DNA of 64,000 nt from Eledone cirrhosa (Eukaryota). Position numbers and translations under genes: made by a program. Each line of letters opens with the position of its first letter. Within the stretch, counting starts at the first letter, position 1. The notes beneath the pieces were generated by a model. It was not told the DNA's origin and did not search any database. It saw only the letters and a program-made list of their open reading frames with translations. Shown piece after piece: positions 26,555 to 40,308 of this stretch. The stretch is taken from NCBI GenBank assembly GCA_964016885.1, contig OZ024740.1:267964001-268028000 (forward strand). Direction: 5' to 3'.

Positions 26555-26865
26555 CAGGCGACTTGGCTTAGTCGTTAGAATGCCTGATAGAATTCTTTGC
26601 GGCATTAGTTTCGGCTTTCTACTTTCCGAGTTCAAAACCTGTCGAGGTTAACTTTGCTTTTCATCCAATCGAAGTCGACTGGGCGTTGATTCTTCCTCTA
26701 TATTTCTTTCTCTCTTTTATTCTTTCACTCTCTATCTTTCTCTGGAAGAAATCTGTTGTATCCAGACCTGGAGAGGGGATGGGCTCAACCAGGTTTAACA
26801 TTGCCTTAGAAAAGCCGTATGTCAATACGGCGCCATTACAACTCCACCGGGATTTAAGGGACCAA
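26555..26865 (+). mobile_element. SINE A-related subfamily with the alternative tail
   Basis: Homologous to 13596-13930. Confidence 0.65.
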
Positions 26866-27857
26866 GCATGCATATTACCCAGACACTAATACTTGTGAAC
26901 TTTGTACTAAAGTTTGAAATCAATATTTTAGGAAGCAAACGGAACAATGAAATTAGGGAAACGTTAAGGCGCCAGACTATTTATTCACTCATCTGATATT
27001 GCATTTACATTCTCCCGTTTTGAAGTTAAAGCCCCTCTTAGATTGATTTTACATATAAAAACCTTATTGTTGCGTAAGAAAAACAATATTAGCCAAATAG
27101 CTTCACTTTATAAAGAAATGTGTCTCCTACAAAGTATACAACAGCAACATTAATGCCAGCGTGAAAAAACTAAGTCTTTCAAAAGGTCAGGCCGAAATGC
27201 TAAAACGAACGATGCTGCTGAACATAAAGAAGGGGATATACTGAGAATCCCAACGTTATTGTTGTTATTTAGCTTCATATCAACCTAGTCTAACAGATAT
27301 ATGATCGAAGACTTTCCAGTCGTGGCAATCATAATTTATTTTCTACCCACAAGCAGCCAAGACCCCTTATATAAAGTGTATATTTTTAAGATGGTGGGAT
27401 ATGATTTGAGAGAAATCTCTATGCTACTTTTTGTAGAAGCTTCGTTGCTCACACACAATATCTTATTTTATAGGATAGGGTATCCATAAAGTATGAATCA
27501 TATCAGTGCTGATTAAATCGATTATGACTGTTTTTTACCTATCGCAATTTTGGTTTAGTATATAGTCTCAAAAGGAATCAATATTTGGCCAAAATACATT
27601 GTGTGATGGCAGAAACGGTAGAGCGCTGGAGTTGGTTATTACAATAAGTTTTTTTCTTTCTACGTTCTCATTTCAAACTTTATGCCGTACCTTGCTTTTC
27701 TTTCAACAGGTTATTGATAAAATACGTACAAAAATATTCTTGGATTAATTCAATCGATTAGACTTCTTTCTCAACAGATTTATGGTATTGTGTTCGTATA
27801 AGAAATCAATATTCATATAGTAAACAGGCAATTGATTAGAAACCGATAAAACGTCGG

Positions 27858-28150
27858 ATTAAATATGCCTTTCGATGTATCATTCGATCCCTCCTGGAAT
27901 AAACAAAGTAGTTTCTCAGTGTTATACTAGGAATGGTTAAATCACATATGGTGTCCTTTATCGTTTACAAAATTTGGTCTTGCATTGGACAGGAGAAATC
28001 CTTATTAAATATGCCCTTCGATATATAAATCGATAGTTCTGAGTTTTAGCTTCAACTCCTCCCCTCCCACAGAATGAATGGAGTAGTTTCTCTGTATAAT
28101 ACGAGGATTGGTTAAATAACATATGATACCCTTTCTTGTTTACAAACCTT
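27858..28150 (+). repeat. Diverged tandem duplication (about 150-170 bp)
   Basis: ttaaatatgcc.ttcgat...gtagtttctc..t.t.atac.agga.tggttaaat.acatatg...gtttacaaa occurs twice. Confidence 0.7.
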
Positions 28151-28394
28151 GGTTTTTTATTAGGCTCAACAAATCATTATTTTAGTCAATCTAATCTGTA
28201 TCAGGTTGACCACTGCATCACACTTTTCTTTTTTATTTGCTGGCTATGGATATATCTTGCTGACACATTCTGACAAGTTCATTTATTTTACTACTATACT
28301 TCTTGGAAGGAAATCAATTCTTGTCAACGATAAATCAATAGATCAATAGATGAAACTTTGGTTATTACGTTAAACTAAAGTAAGGATACACTGA

Positions 28395-28645
28395 TTTGTG
28401 ATATTTGTTTCGGCTCTCTGCTCTCTGAGTTCGAATCCTGCGGAGGTCAACTTTTCCTTTCATCCATTCAAGGTCGATAAAAAAAGTACCAATCTAGTAC
28501 TGGGGTCGATTCTTCCTCTCTTTATATTTCTGACTTCCATTCTCTCACTCTATCCATCCTGGAGAGGAAATAGGTTCCACCAGGTTTAGTAAGAAAATAG
28601 CCTAGAAACGACGTATGTCAATACGTCACCACTACGACTCCCTCA
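28395..28645 (+). mobile_element. SINE A-related subfamily with the alternative tail
   Basis: B box gagttcgaatcc, Deu-like core, tail as in 13745-13930. Confidence 0.65.
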
Positions 28646-28761
28646 TAAATCACAAGACCATACATTCAGAGTAGAAGATAAACTCTCCGAGGCCATGGTA
28701 GGACACAACACGGCACGATTTCAGTTCTCAGCCATAGGTATTTCAATATATTTTATACTGA

Positions 28762-28940
28762 TAATAACTGTTTCTACGTTTGGCACAAGGCCAGCAATTA
28801 CCAAGTGCATTACTGGTACTTTATTTTATCGACCCCGTAAGGATGAAAGGCAAAGCTAACCTTGGCGGGATTTGAACTCAGATCATAAAGGGAGGTAACT
28901 CTATGCTTCAAAGCATGGCGTCCGACCCTCAACTGATAAT
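28762..28940 (-). mobile_element. SINE family A copy
   Basis: Reverse-complement match. Confidence 0.9.
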
Positions 28941-29061
28941 AACACCATTGAGATAGAGAGCGGGACGTGGATATAACAAACGCAGCTAATATAAGGAGAA
29001 AATTGTAAACAAAGTTACCATATGTTTTATATATATATATATATATATAAAATTAGAAATA

Positions 29062-29256
29062 GAAGCTTTGGCTGTATTTTTTTTACTAAAGAAATTTTAG
29101 CCTGACAGTGGGGTTTAGAACCCTCTAAGAAATGAAAAAAGATGAGTATGTCAATTCGTACGTGTACGTCAATACTCATCTTTTTCCATTTCTTATTCGG
29201 TTCTAAACGCCATTGTCAGGCTAAAATTTCTTTAGTAAAAAAATTCGGCGAAAGCT
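29062..29256. repeat. Fold-back inverted repeat next to (TA)n
   Basis: tttactaaagaaattttagcctgaca...gatgagtat / atactcatc...tgtcaggctaaaatttctttagtaaa; centre gtacgtgtac. Confidence 0.85.
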
Positions 29257-29749
29257 AACACTGAATCAACTAATCGATTAGCTTCGGATTTTGTTAAATC
29301 CATCGTAAGAATTCGAATACTCTTCTCTGTTTGTGAGGAATACATTATAAATATACAAGTGTAGTCATCCTATGCTTGATCATATTCATATAACACCGTA
29401 AACTTGGCTGAGTATAATAATTAACTGGTGATTGACAAAATGATGTAATGTATGCACAGCTTTGTGGTGGTTAGTTGTTGTGGGATGAATTATTTTCTCT
29501 TTCTGAAAAATAAGGCCAGTCTTAGGGATGCAGCCTTTGCTATGTTAAGAATGAGAGCTTTTCTAGCATCTGGAACAACGCTGTTGCTTTACACACATAC
29601 TTCCTGGACTAATTTGACAAAATAATTTAAGGGCTTTATTCCACCATTTTTCGCCTGGAGATCAAATTATGCCGTGTTCCCTAAAATCATTGTTATTTAA
29701 AACGGTACAACCATTATTTTAGATTCATATTCGAAAGTCTTACCCACAC

Positions 29750-30190
29750 AGGCTTTTTAAACCTATCATATAATAGAGATTATACCACACTGTCTGTTTC
29801 CCTCTATTCTCCCTTCCTACATTTTCTAGGCTTCAGTGCCCTTCTTTGTCTGTACGTTGGACTGCAATTCATATTATACTTTCTGTTTTTCTATTTCTCC
29901 CCTTTCTATATATTTTTTCCTTTGGGTAAGCCCTCGCTCACTGTTCTCTCCCTTCTTTTTCAGTTGATACACATTGGATATTTTTTCGTCCTTATTTGTG
30001 TAATACTCCGAAAGGCATTACTTGTCTTGTATTTGTCTCTACCTGTTTTGTTGTGTCCCAACATGCACTGGAAAGAGTACCAACCTTAATATACTGTGGT
30101 GATTTCCAGAAGTTGGCTGAAGAGATGGGAATGTCCGTTTTTCCGTTATTTTTTGCCATAGTCTGCACCCTGTGCGCCCCACTCTTTTGG
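29750..30190 (-). mobile_element. Decayed repeat homologous to 54280-54660 (probable PLE 3' region)
   Basis: Minus strand aaaaataacggaaaaacggaca...ttctggaaatcac matches 54307-54361. Confidence 0.55.
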
Positions 30191-30234
30191 ACATACATAC
30201 ATTCATTTATACATACACACATATATGTATATAT

Positions 30235-30470
30235 ACATACAGTATATATATATATATAGTAATAATAATAAATTTGAAGACTAAAATCCAAAGAGGGCTC
30301 GATAAGGATAAATATATATCAAATATATAAGAACCGTAGAGCAAATATTTATTAAAATAACAGATTAAAGTTTAAGCAAAGAATCGTTGCTTTCACCCTT
30401 AAGATCCCGTTAAGGGTGAAAGCAGCGATTCTTTGCTTAAACTTTAATCTGTTATTTTAATAAATAAATA
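30235..30470. mobile_element. TA-flanked fold-back module with truncated HHR (same family as 61790-62040)
   Basis: Inverted repeat 30346-30465 centred in aaga-tccc(gttaa)gggt-GAAAGCA...TGCTT^aaact. Confidence 0.75.
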
Positions 30471-30477
30471 TATATAT

Positions 30478-31017
30478 AAACGGAAAAAATGAAGCGAAAT
30501 TTCATTTCCCATTCTTAGTACGGCTGTTACTTCAATATAAGTATGTACACGTACATACATATATGTATACAGACGTACAGTAGTATATATATATACATAC
30601 ATGCACACATATATATATGTACGTATGGATTCACCGAACATTTATTATAATGCTCGGTGTGTTTGTAAACAAACATCCCGTATTAAGACGTAGTGTCCAG
30701 CAGCCATCGTTGCTCGTTTGTTCAACATTGACAAAGGAACGCTGTACTAGTTTCAACCTTATTAGCTATCGTCAGCAACGTATACCTTCCTGCCAGATTG
30801 TTGAACGTCTGAAAGTATACACTTTCCCTATGCATATCAACGGCTGAGTAGCCTAATTTGCATATCGAGTGGGTTAATCGGCCGGGTGCACCGAAAACCA
30901 TAAATGTTCGGTGGATCCATACGTACATATATATATGTGTGCATGTATGTATATATATATATACATACTACTGTATGTCTGTATACATATATGTATGTAC
31001 GTGTACATACTTATATT
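30478..31017 (-). mobile_element. PLE terminal module with 5' inversion
   Basis: 30534-30646 is the reverse complement of 30900-31017; contains an HHR at 30739-30781. Confidence 0.7.
30739..30781 (-). ncRNA. Type I minimal hammerhead ribozyme
   Basis: Minus strand acgttg-CTGACGA-tagctaataaggtt-GAAAC-TA-GTA^cagcgt; palindromic ACTAGT stem III, weak stem II. Confidence 0.75.
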
Positions 31018-31018
31018 A

Positions 31019-31074
<56 letters not shown>

Positions 31075-31289
31075 TTTATAAGACTGTCAATTACCTCAAC
31101 TAGAATGTACACAAATTTACACCAAACCCACGCAAGCCGCTCCCTCATACGAAATCAGACACACACAGACACAAACACAGACACACTGCCACGTGGATAT
31201 TTAGTTTCTTTTAACAAATGCATACACGTAAACATGTTGTTATACTTACATCCAATTATATTTACAGATATACACACACACACACACAT

Positions 31290-31323
<34 letters not shown>

Positions 31324-32157
31324 GTATATATGAACAAATTATTGCATGTATTCAATAATTATAATTCTAAAAATTTAACTTGTGTTGAGGCTTAAAATAG
31401 TAACTTGCACCCCCTGACACAAAAACTAAATAATACGCAAATAAAAGCCAAGAACCCCCCCCCCCCCCCCTCCCCTCACCTCCAAATAAAATCATACGAT
31501 ACAAAACAACATTTTATATATTGTCTGCCATTTAATCTCTAGCTGAAAATTAAAATGCTTTTCTCTCAAAATAATATAACCCAACTTACCACAATAATAA
31601 CAAAAATAAAATTTAAAAAATTTGCTTAATATGATTAAAATATTGTTTTTCATCTTCGTTGTAACAATTCATTCATTTTATGCTCAAGTTGCATGAAATG
31701 GCTGAGATTATAACAATCTTTTCTTTAAAATCGACAAACCAATTTCTTATTTATTTTCCTTCTATTTTTTCTTCTCCTATTCAAATGCTTGCCAAAGCAA
31801 GATGACTGTTATTGCTTAAAATCTGAGAATTTCTACGTACAACGTGACTTGTTTTACACCTGTTGCATTGTCGTCTGCTTGTTTACCGTGTTGATTCACA
31901 CTTAAAAACATATTTCATCGATATTTTTGCGACGGAAGCACTGGTCGTTATGGGAATCATCGTTAAATCAGTGTGTAAAAGAATACTTAACGGATTTTTA
32001 ATGAAAAAAAATAGCTTCATTTGAAAAATAATGATAATTCTTTTCTGCATACTATTATACATCCATAAAAAGATAAATGTACACACACACACACATGCAC
32101 ACACACGCACGCACACACGCACGCACACACACGCACACACACACATGCACACACACG

Positions 32158-32264
<107 letters not shown>

Positions 32265-32362
32265 TTACATATATGTATATATAATGAAAATTAACAATGA
32301 GACAACGAGAAAACAACGAACGAAAACAAGGCAAAATGAAAAATCTTTATATATATATATAT

Positions 32363-32555
32363 AGGTTACGTTTTACTACTTTAAACAAGTAAGATTATTA
32401 TTCAGTAGAGTACTCGATATTTGGGATAGTAAAGTGTAAACATAGTAGAGAGTCGGGGCCCGACGGCTGAGCTCTTGCCGTTTCGACAGCAAATTTCAGA
32501 CTCTGGAATTTGCTATTGAAACGGTAAGAGCCCAACCGCCGAGCCCCGACACTCT

Positions 32556-32557
<2 letters not shown>
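32363..32557. mobile_element. TA-flanked fold-back module, 9863 family
   Basis: Inverted repeat about 32450-32555; the minus arm reads gctgtc-GAAACGGC-aagagctca-GCCGTC^gggccc. Confidence 0.75.
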
Positions 32558-32588
<31 letters not shown>

Positions 32589-32677
32589 CTAAAACCTTTC
32601 TCCAATAATGTATTTGTATGTATGTATGTATGTATGTATGTATGTATGTATGTATGTATGTATGTATGTATGTATGT

Positions 32678-33413
32678 CTCTTTCTCTTAATTTCGAGTAT
32701 ATTTTTTTTGACCGGCCACCTTCCTGGTGGCAAGGTTGTAACAGAAAAGAAATTGTCATCCCTTGAATCGCAAGAATGTTTTGCAAGTTTTGAAGGTGCC
32801 AGCTATCGCAGCCCTTTGTAGACTATGAATTAGGGAGCTGCGCTTTTTGTCCGCAAATCCAAGTTCAGTCATACTTTGGTCCAAGCGGGTTGGTATATAA
32901 CCCGTAGCTCCAATAATGATGGGTATGAAGCTAAAGGTGTATCTTGGATACTGGATTTGTAAACTCCTCAACAATGGTCCGTAGATGTCCTCCTTCTCCT
33001 GTATTTTTCTGACAACGTTTACACAAGTGGGCAGCTGATCTCCACAACAGAACACGTTTTCAATGTGTGGTCCCAAACTACAATATCAAGCCGGTTGTGC
33101 TTTAATTTGGTGGCAGTTTTTATTTTAAGGTTCCACCAGTATTCCTTAGTGCCATCTGTCTCAATATATTCTTCCTCGTTTGTTGTTAATTTTGTTTTCC
33201 GAAGTGCATTCCAGATGGTTCTAGCTATCCCATCGTGTCTCATGGGAGGTAGTAGCGAGATGACATTCTTTCGCAGCTGGCAACAATGTGGCTTACATCC
33301 TCGATCTTTGTTTTACATAGCCTACATTTATTGTCAGCTGCTGGCCCTCCTCTTTTGTGCAGCAGATATTTGGTAGGGAGTTCTTGTTCCTGTATTGCAT
33401 AGAGATATCCCTC
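32678..33413 (-). mobile_element. R4/Dong-clade non-LTR retrotransposon, 5'-truncated, inside (ATAC)n
   Basis: AIQEQEL.TK...CRLCKTKIEDVSHIVASC...Y..RHD.IA...HNRLDIVVWD...VEISCP...KEDIYGPL...IPIIIGATG is a CCHC zinc finger plus RLE, with frameshifts. (TATG)n lies on both sides. Confidence 0.88.
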
Positions 33414-33710
33414 ATGTATGTATGTATGTATGTATGTATGTATGTATGTATGTATGTATGTATGTATGTATGTATGTATGTATGTATGTATATCTGATGA
33501 ATAAAACCTTTTTACGTTATTCTCTTCACATTGTCGATCTTTCTGTTTATTTCTCATTTTTATCTTTTTATCAAGGACCTCAATCCAAAATGTAAAGACT
33601 CTTTTCCTACTATATTAAGCATTTAACTAATATATTTCTTCATTGCACTGTATTGTTTGCTTTGTTGTTTCCGTTTACTTTTTGCGTGTATTTAGATACA
33701 CATATCTATC

Positions 33711-33790
<80 letters not shown>

Positions 33791-33791
<1 letters not shown>

Positions 33792-34445
33792 GTCCGAGGT
33801 GCGTGCGAGACGAAGAAACCGTCGCGCACGCATTCATACACCGCCCGGGCGTTACGGACCTGTGGGGCTATGTAGAACGACTATTGTCGCGGGTGGGACC
33901 AATCCGGTTGACCACCGAGTCCATTGTCATGATCAAACCGCCACCCTCCTTCAAAAACGAAGGAGAGGCGGTTTTCCTTTGTGTGATAGCTATGGCGAAA
34001 GAGGTTGTATGATGGACAAGGTTGAAAGGGCTGAGGTCAGACACCTTTCTCTACGGCCAACAACTGATTCTTTTTTTCAAATACCACTTTGGAAGAAGAA
34101 TCAGGATGGAGAGAGAGGTGATGTACTCCAGCAAGTTTTATGAAAGGTGGGTGAAAGTGGCGAGAATGGCCCGAGTGAATGGGCCTTCTCTCTATATCAG
34201 CCTGTAGGTTGAGGAAAAGGAGGAGGAGAGGAAAGGAGTACAAACTCTTCGTACTCCTGGAGATGAGCGCTGCACATTTTTTCGGGGGTATGTGTTACCC
34301 GTATGTAATGTCTCCCCCTATTGGGGAAAATCGACTAATTTTTTAAATTGCATTTGTGATAATATTTTACACGTTTTTATTGTATGTAAACTCCCCCTTT
34401 TGTATTTGTCCCCTTCTTTTGTGCCCTTGTGGCTAATAAAGAAAC
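33791..34445 (+). mobile_element. Tx1/L1-clade LINE 3' fragment inside (TCTA)n
   Basis: CPRCVRDEETVAHAFIH...LWGYVERLL...AKEVV*WTR...F.ERW is the Tx1/L1 C-terminal zinc-knuckle region. The 3' UTR ends aataaagaaaca; (TATC)n lies on both sides. Confidence 0.75.
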
Positions 34446-34574
34446 ATATCTATCTATCTATCTAACTATCTATCTAACTATCTATCTATCTATCTATATC
34501 TATCTATATACTTAACTACCCACCAAAATTATTGTTTACACATCTGTCACTCTTTGCCTTTCTTTCCCTCCCTT

Positions 34575-34745
34575 ACCCTCGTCGCTGTTGAGACCTCAGG
34601 CGTACTTGGACCCCATACTGCCGAGCTCCTCCACAAGATCGGAACGTCAGTGAGGTGGGTTGGCTGTTGCAGCGGATGTCACTGGTCATTGTTCGGGGGG
34701 AAAGCTTTTACAGTCTTGTCCACATGGCGCAGCCCCAATACTGCC
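34575..34745 (+). pseudogene. CRE-like non-LTR C-terminal fragment
   Basis: VAVETSGVLGPHTAELLHKIG...WLLQRMSLVIVRG, homologous to 19120-19275. Confidence 0.65.
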
Positions 34746-34999
34746 TCGCTCTAGGCCCAGAGCCAATCATCCTCCCCTCCCCCTCCCCACCGCGCGGTAC
34801 ATGTGTATATACATATTTACACACTTTTGGATGGCCGTTGACTCTTATGAGTTCTTCTGCCGTTTGTCAGGTTTTGATTTTTGTCCTGCAGGGTGTCCAA
34901 AATCACCCTCCTCACCAAGTAAAATTGGTGGGGTTGTCGGTTTAGTCGCCGACGACCCGACCATGCGACAGGTTGTACTGGGTTACATGTTACCAGTAG

Positions 35000-35053
<54 letters not shown>

Positions 35054-35221
35054 TACACTAATGGAATTTATTGATGTCGCATTTGCACAACACCTTGATT
35101 CTTGTTAGCCGATCAACTCTCTATGATACACTGAATTCATTGATTCAGAGCCGCAATTAATTATTCGACTTTGAAAAGGGCACGTTTCTACATCATTTGC
35201 AGCCAGCTACATACGGATAGG

Positions 35222-35447
35222 TGAAGGAGCGTGGTTTAGTGGTTAGAGAAGTGGATTTGCAATCGTGCGGTTGAGAGTTCGTTTCCCGGCGGATCAGGAG
35301 ATGCGTTATGTCCTGAACAAGACACTTTATTTCGCGTTGTTCTTTTTGTCAGGAGTTGGAAAAACCAATGGAAACTTTGTTTCCTTGGTCCGATTTAACG
35401 AGCTTCTCCCCACTCGGTAAGCGAATGAGGTCTGAGATCTTGTCGAT
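35222..35447 (+). mobile_element. SINE paralog of 16449-16700
   Basis: Colinear similarity. Confidence 0.75.
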
Positions 35448-35819
35448 CGACGATCATTCATTCATATGTATATATAGTGTATTTTGCAATACACTGTATG
35501 CTTAATTACAAGCATTTCGAAGACCTTACGCTATTGTTTTAGAGTAGTGACAGTCTCACTTACTTTAAATTTTCAGCAAACAGGGGAGATAAAGCTGACA
35601 GAGCTCTGTTTCGTACTTTTTGGTACTTATCAAAGCTAAGTACTCCACCTGTTTGTGTTTGCAGCCATCATGTCTGTATGTATATGGGTATGTTTGTTAA
35701 TAGGTGCATCTATGCGTGTATGTATGTTAACCTACACTACTGCCCTCAATTCTCTGTGATAATTTCATTACATTAGTAGGTGCTAGTTTCTTTTTCCAGA
35801 CTAATTTTCTATACGTAAT

Positions 35820-36415
35820 GATAATTGTTTCTACTTTTGGCACAAGGCCAGCAATCATCCCAGTGCATTACTGGTACTTTATTTTATCGACCCCGTAAGG
35901 ATGAAAGGCAGAGTTAACCTCGGCGGGAACTCAGATCGTAAAGGCCCGTAACTCGATACTGCCAATCCACCGTTATGCCAATCCAGTAATGATAATATTA
36001 CTTGTTCCTATTTCATAGCAAATCGCAGACTTTTTGAAAATTCTGCTTCTTTGTTATTTATAAACACGAAATTAAATAATTGTTTTTACTTTAGGAACAA
36101 GGCCAGCAATTACCCAATGCATTACTGGTACTTTATTTTATCGACCCCGTAAGGATGAAAGGCAAAGTCAACCTCGGCAGGATTTGAACTCAGATCGTAA
36201 AGGGACGTAACTATGCTCGAAAGCATGGCGTCCGACCCTCCACCGATACTGCCAATTAAATAATGGTTTCTGATTTAGATTGGACTCTATTTTATTGAGC
36301 TCGTAAGGATGAAAGACAGCTAACCTTGGCGGGTTTTGAACTCATAACGTAAAAGCACCGTAACTATATGCCAGAAACCATATTGTCCGACGTTCTACTA
36401 ATACTGCCAATCCAC
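35820..36415 (-). mobile_element. Three SINE A copies
   Basis: Units at about 35821, 36075 and 36259. Confidence 0.85.
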
Positions 36416-36916
36416 ATAAGGTAATTAATCTTGTTCGTTGTTCAATTATCTTAATGAACTTCGCTAATCTTTCTTATATGAAAAATAAACTCCTTTGCAG
36501 ACAATAAAAAGCTCGGTTTCTGTAGGTCACGTGCCATGTCTTAAATATTCGTTGACACATAACGATTTCTTAGAAAGACAGTGACACGTGATATGTGATA
36601 GAACCAAACTGATGCTGGAATGATATTTATCTATTTTTATCGTTCAATCTCATCTTGTTTACACAATCTTCCTCAACTTTTCTTAACCAAATATTAATTG
36701 ATGATGAATCTAAAACGTCATCAATCTCGTTTGCCTTTAACTACGGAAATCTTATATCTTCTCATATGAGTCTGTCTGTGTACTACGAAAAGAAGAAAAA
36801 ATACAAGCATAAATAGACCAATGAGACTCAAACATATATACACCGATACAATTCCACACATCTATACAACAATTTGGGACAAACCTATAATTAGTTGGTC
36901 TCATATACATGTCGTG

Positions 36917-37180
36917 GAGCCACGTGGCCCTGTGGTAAGGGTGTTTGACTTACGATCATAATGTCGTGGGCTCGATTCCTGGGTTGCGTGTTGTGTTCTT
37001 GAGCAAAACACTTCATTTCACGTTGCTCCAGTATACTCAGCTGAAAATGAGTACCAGCAATAGCTGGAGGTTTAACCCTGCGATGGACTGGCGTCCTGTC
37101 CAGGGGGGAGTCTGGTACTCTCAGTCGCTTCACGCCATGAAACCGGGATAAGCACCGGCCAAATGAGTCTTCTGGCTTAA
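36917..37180 (+). mobile_element. SINE family B (tRNA head plus V-domain-like core)
   Basis: A and B boxes; tgtgttcttgagcaaaacactt; cctgcgatggactggcgtcctgtccagggg (V-SINE-like motif). Confidence 0.85.
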
Positions 37181-37357
37181 AACAGACTTTAGAGACATAC
37201 ACATGTCAGCTTGGTTTTACTTTTATCCACAAACCACAATACAAACCTCAAAGCACGAGTGATTGTGTGTTATACATACACACACACACCAACACACACA
37301 CACACATATATTCATATATGAATATATGAATATAAGTAAACATCAATACACTCACGT

Positions 37358-37570
37358 GGAGGCACGTGGCCTAGTGGTAAAGGTGTTGAACTTATGATCA
37401 TAATGTCGCGGGATCGATTCCTGGGTTGCGTGTTGTGTTCTTGAGCAAAACACTTCATTTCACGTTGCTCCAGTATACTCAGTAATAGCTGGAGGTTTAA
37501 CCGTGCGATGGACTGGCGTCCTGTCCAGGGAGGAGTCTTGTGCTCTCAGTCGCTTCACGCCATGAAACCG
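37358..37570 (+). mobile_element. SINE family B copy
   Basis: Near-identical to 36917-37145. Confidence 0.85.
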
Positions 37571-37925
37571 TGCTTTGCCTAACGATCCATAAATAGCTTA
37601 AGACAGATTTAGACAATACAGTCACACATGTAAAAATGCCTCTGTGTATGTATGTAGCTTTGTACGTATGTATATACATATTTGTGTACAAGAGGTGCCG
37701 TAATAGGCTTACTAGCATACTGTTAAAGAATGTGAATGAAAAGTAAACTATGGTAATAGTAATCATCATTACAAGAACAATGTTATGTTAAATGTTCAAA
37801 ATACAAGCACAACATTTTTATAACATCTTGCATTTTGATTATGGTTGGTAAATGATAAAAAAAAATCATCAATCAACTAAAGCTATTCAAGTAACTTCAA
37901 GACAATCTCCTTTTGCGAGACTCTA

Positions 37926-38003
<78 letters not shown>

Positions 38004-38051
38004 TGTGTGTGTGTGTGTACATACATATATATATACATTTTGGGGGATACC

Positions 38052-38104
<53 letters not shown>

Positions 38105-38483
38105 AAAGTAAGTCCATAGAATCATTTCATAAAATATATACAGTATTTCTCCTCCCAATCAGCATAATTAACCACATAAAAAAATCAATTAAACGAGGCT
38201 ATAAGTTTAAAATGTACCTATGAAGAAACAATAGATAATTAAACGATAGCTATTTTATCCGCGATACACAGCCACAGAAGATTTACCTAGTATTTCTAAT
38301 AGCCCGTAGAAATTGACTAGACATATAGCTAACCATACACAATTAGGTACAAAATCAAAGTTAGAAGAAAAAATGTACATAAACATACCAAATTATGTTT
38401 CTACCCCATGGGGTTTTATTCGCTTTTTGGAAATATCCGATCATGGATAAATCAACGAGTTTCGAATATATATATATATATAT

Positions 38484-38586
38484 ATACAAGGTGTCCCAAA
38501 AATGTATACACACTTTGATTACCTGTACAAGCAATATTTGTTAGAATGCTGTTGAGTGTACATACATTTTCTGAGGACACCCTGTA
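38484..38586. mobile_element. Tc1-like MITE (about 100 bp)
   Basis: tacaaggtgtcccaaaaatgtat / atacattttctgaggacaccctgta, TA-flanked; a solo end lies at 38033-38056. Confidence 0.65.
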
Positions 38587-38629
38587 TATATCATGCATTT
38601 TAGTTTCTACCCTTTACTGACACACGTAG

Positions 38630-38818
38630 TATATAAGTCAATATCGAATATAATTCGATACAAATATAAGCCAACCCCACTATTTTATGCCCGAGAAGTG
38701 GGCGAAAATCCAAATCTTATTTACGTAAAATTTGAAGTTGGTGAAAATCGTCAAAATATTGACCATCGATTTTTTGGTCACATATTCTTTCCTCAGCTTA
38801 TATTCGAGTATATATGGC
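38630..38818. mobile_element. pogo/Tigger-like MITE remnant
   Basis: Repeated aatataagcc-like motifs and terminal agcttatattcgagtatatatgg. Confidence 0.45.
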
Positions 38819-39288
38819 AATTTCTTTGCTCTTTATTATACATATTTGGCTCCATACTCGTCTAACTTACTTGCTAAGTGAATAGGGTTTGCTAAGGACA
38901 TATAATTGTTTCTGATTTAGGAACAAGGTCAACAATTTTGTGGAAGGGTAAAGTCGATTAAATCAACCCTAGTGTATTACTGGTACTTTATTCTATCGAA
39001 CCCGTATAGATGAAAAGCAAAGCTAATCACGACCGGATTTGAACACTCAGAGGAGATTTAATAAGATCGAAACATGTCTGTTGTTTCAGCAAGTTGGCTT
39101 AAGACACGTTGCACTCCCAGAGTATCCATTGGTTGGAACTGTGGAGAAATACCTGGATTAGCCCAGAATGTAGTAATTATTTCCTTAGTTCGTTTCTCGT
39201 TATTTGCTTTCCCCCTAAAAGGTGGTTCGGGTTTTAAACTGCAGAATAATTATAGTAAATTAAAGATTTTCACCGTATTCAGAATACG

Positions 39289-39440
<152 letters not shown>

Positions 39441-39462
39441 TATACATATATATACATATATA

Positions 39463-39517
<55 letters not shown>

Positions 39518-39542
39518 TCTCTCTCTCTCTCTCTCTCTCTCT

Positions 39543-39579
<37 letters not shown>

Positions 39580-39607
39580 TATATACACACACACACACTC
39601 TCTCTCT

Positions 39608-39753
<146 letters not shown>

Positions 39754-39811
39754 GTAGAACACTGGAAGGTAATATCCGCAGTGGAAGAGCACTCAGTCCA
39801 TGGGACGAGTT

Positions 39812-40082
<271 letters not shown>

Positions 40083-40260
40083 ATATATATATGTAATAGT
40101 AATAATAAGGAGTAGGAACGCGGTGTGAAAATAGCATCTTTATGTTTATTCACGTGTAACGTGTGTTTCGCGATCGATCGGTTCAAAGTACAATAAGTTT
40201 CGATCGTGCCCGACTCTGGAATTGATAGTTCATCAAACTCGTGTTTACCTTAATTACAGG

Positions 40261-40308
<48 letters not shown>

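Noticed and set aside
29595-29660. Possible 54-nt minus-strand exon (cag|AKNGGIKPLNYFVKLVQE|gtatgt)
   Set aside because: Weak acceptor, no partner exons and no recognised homology.
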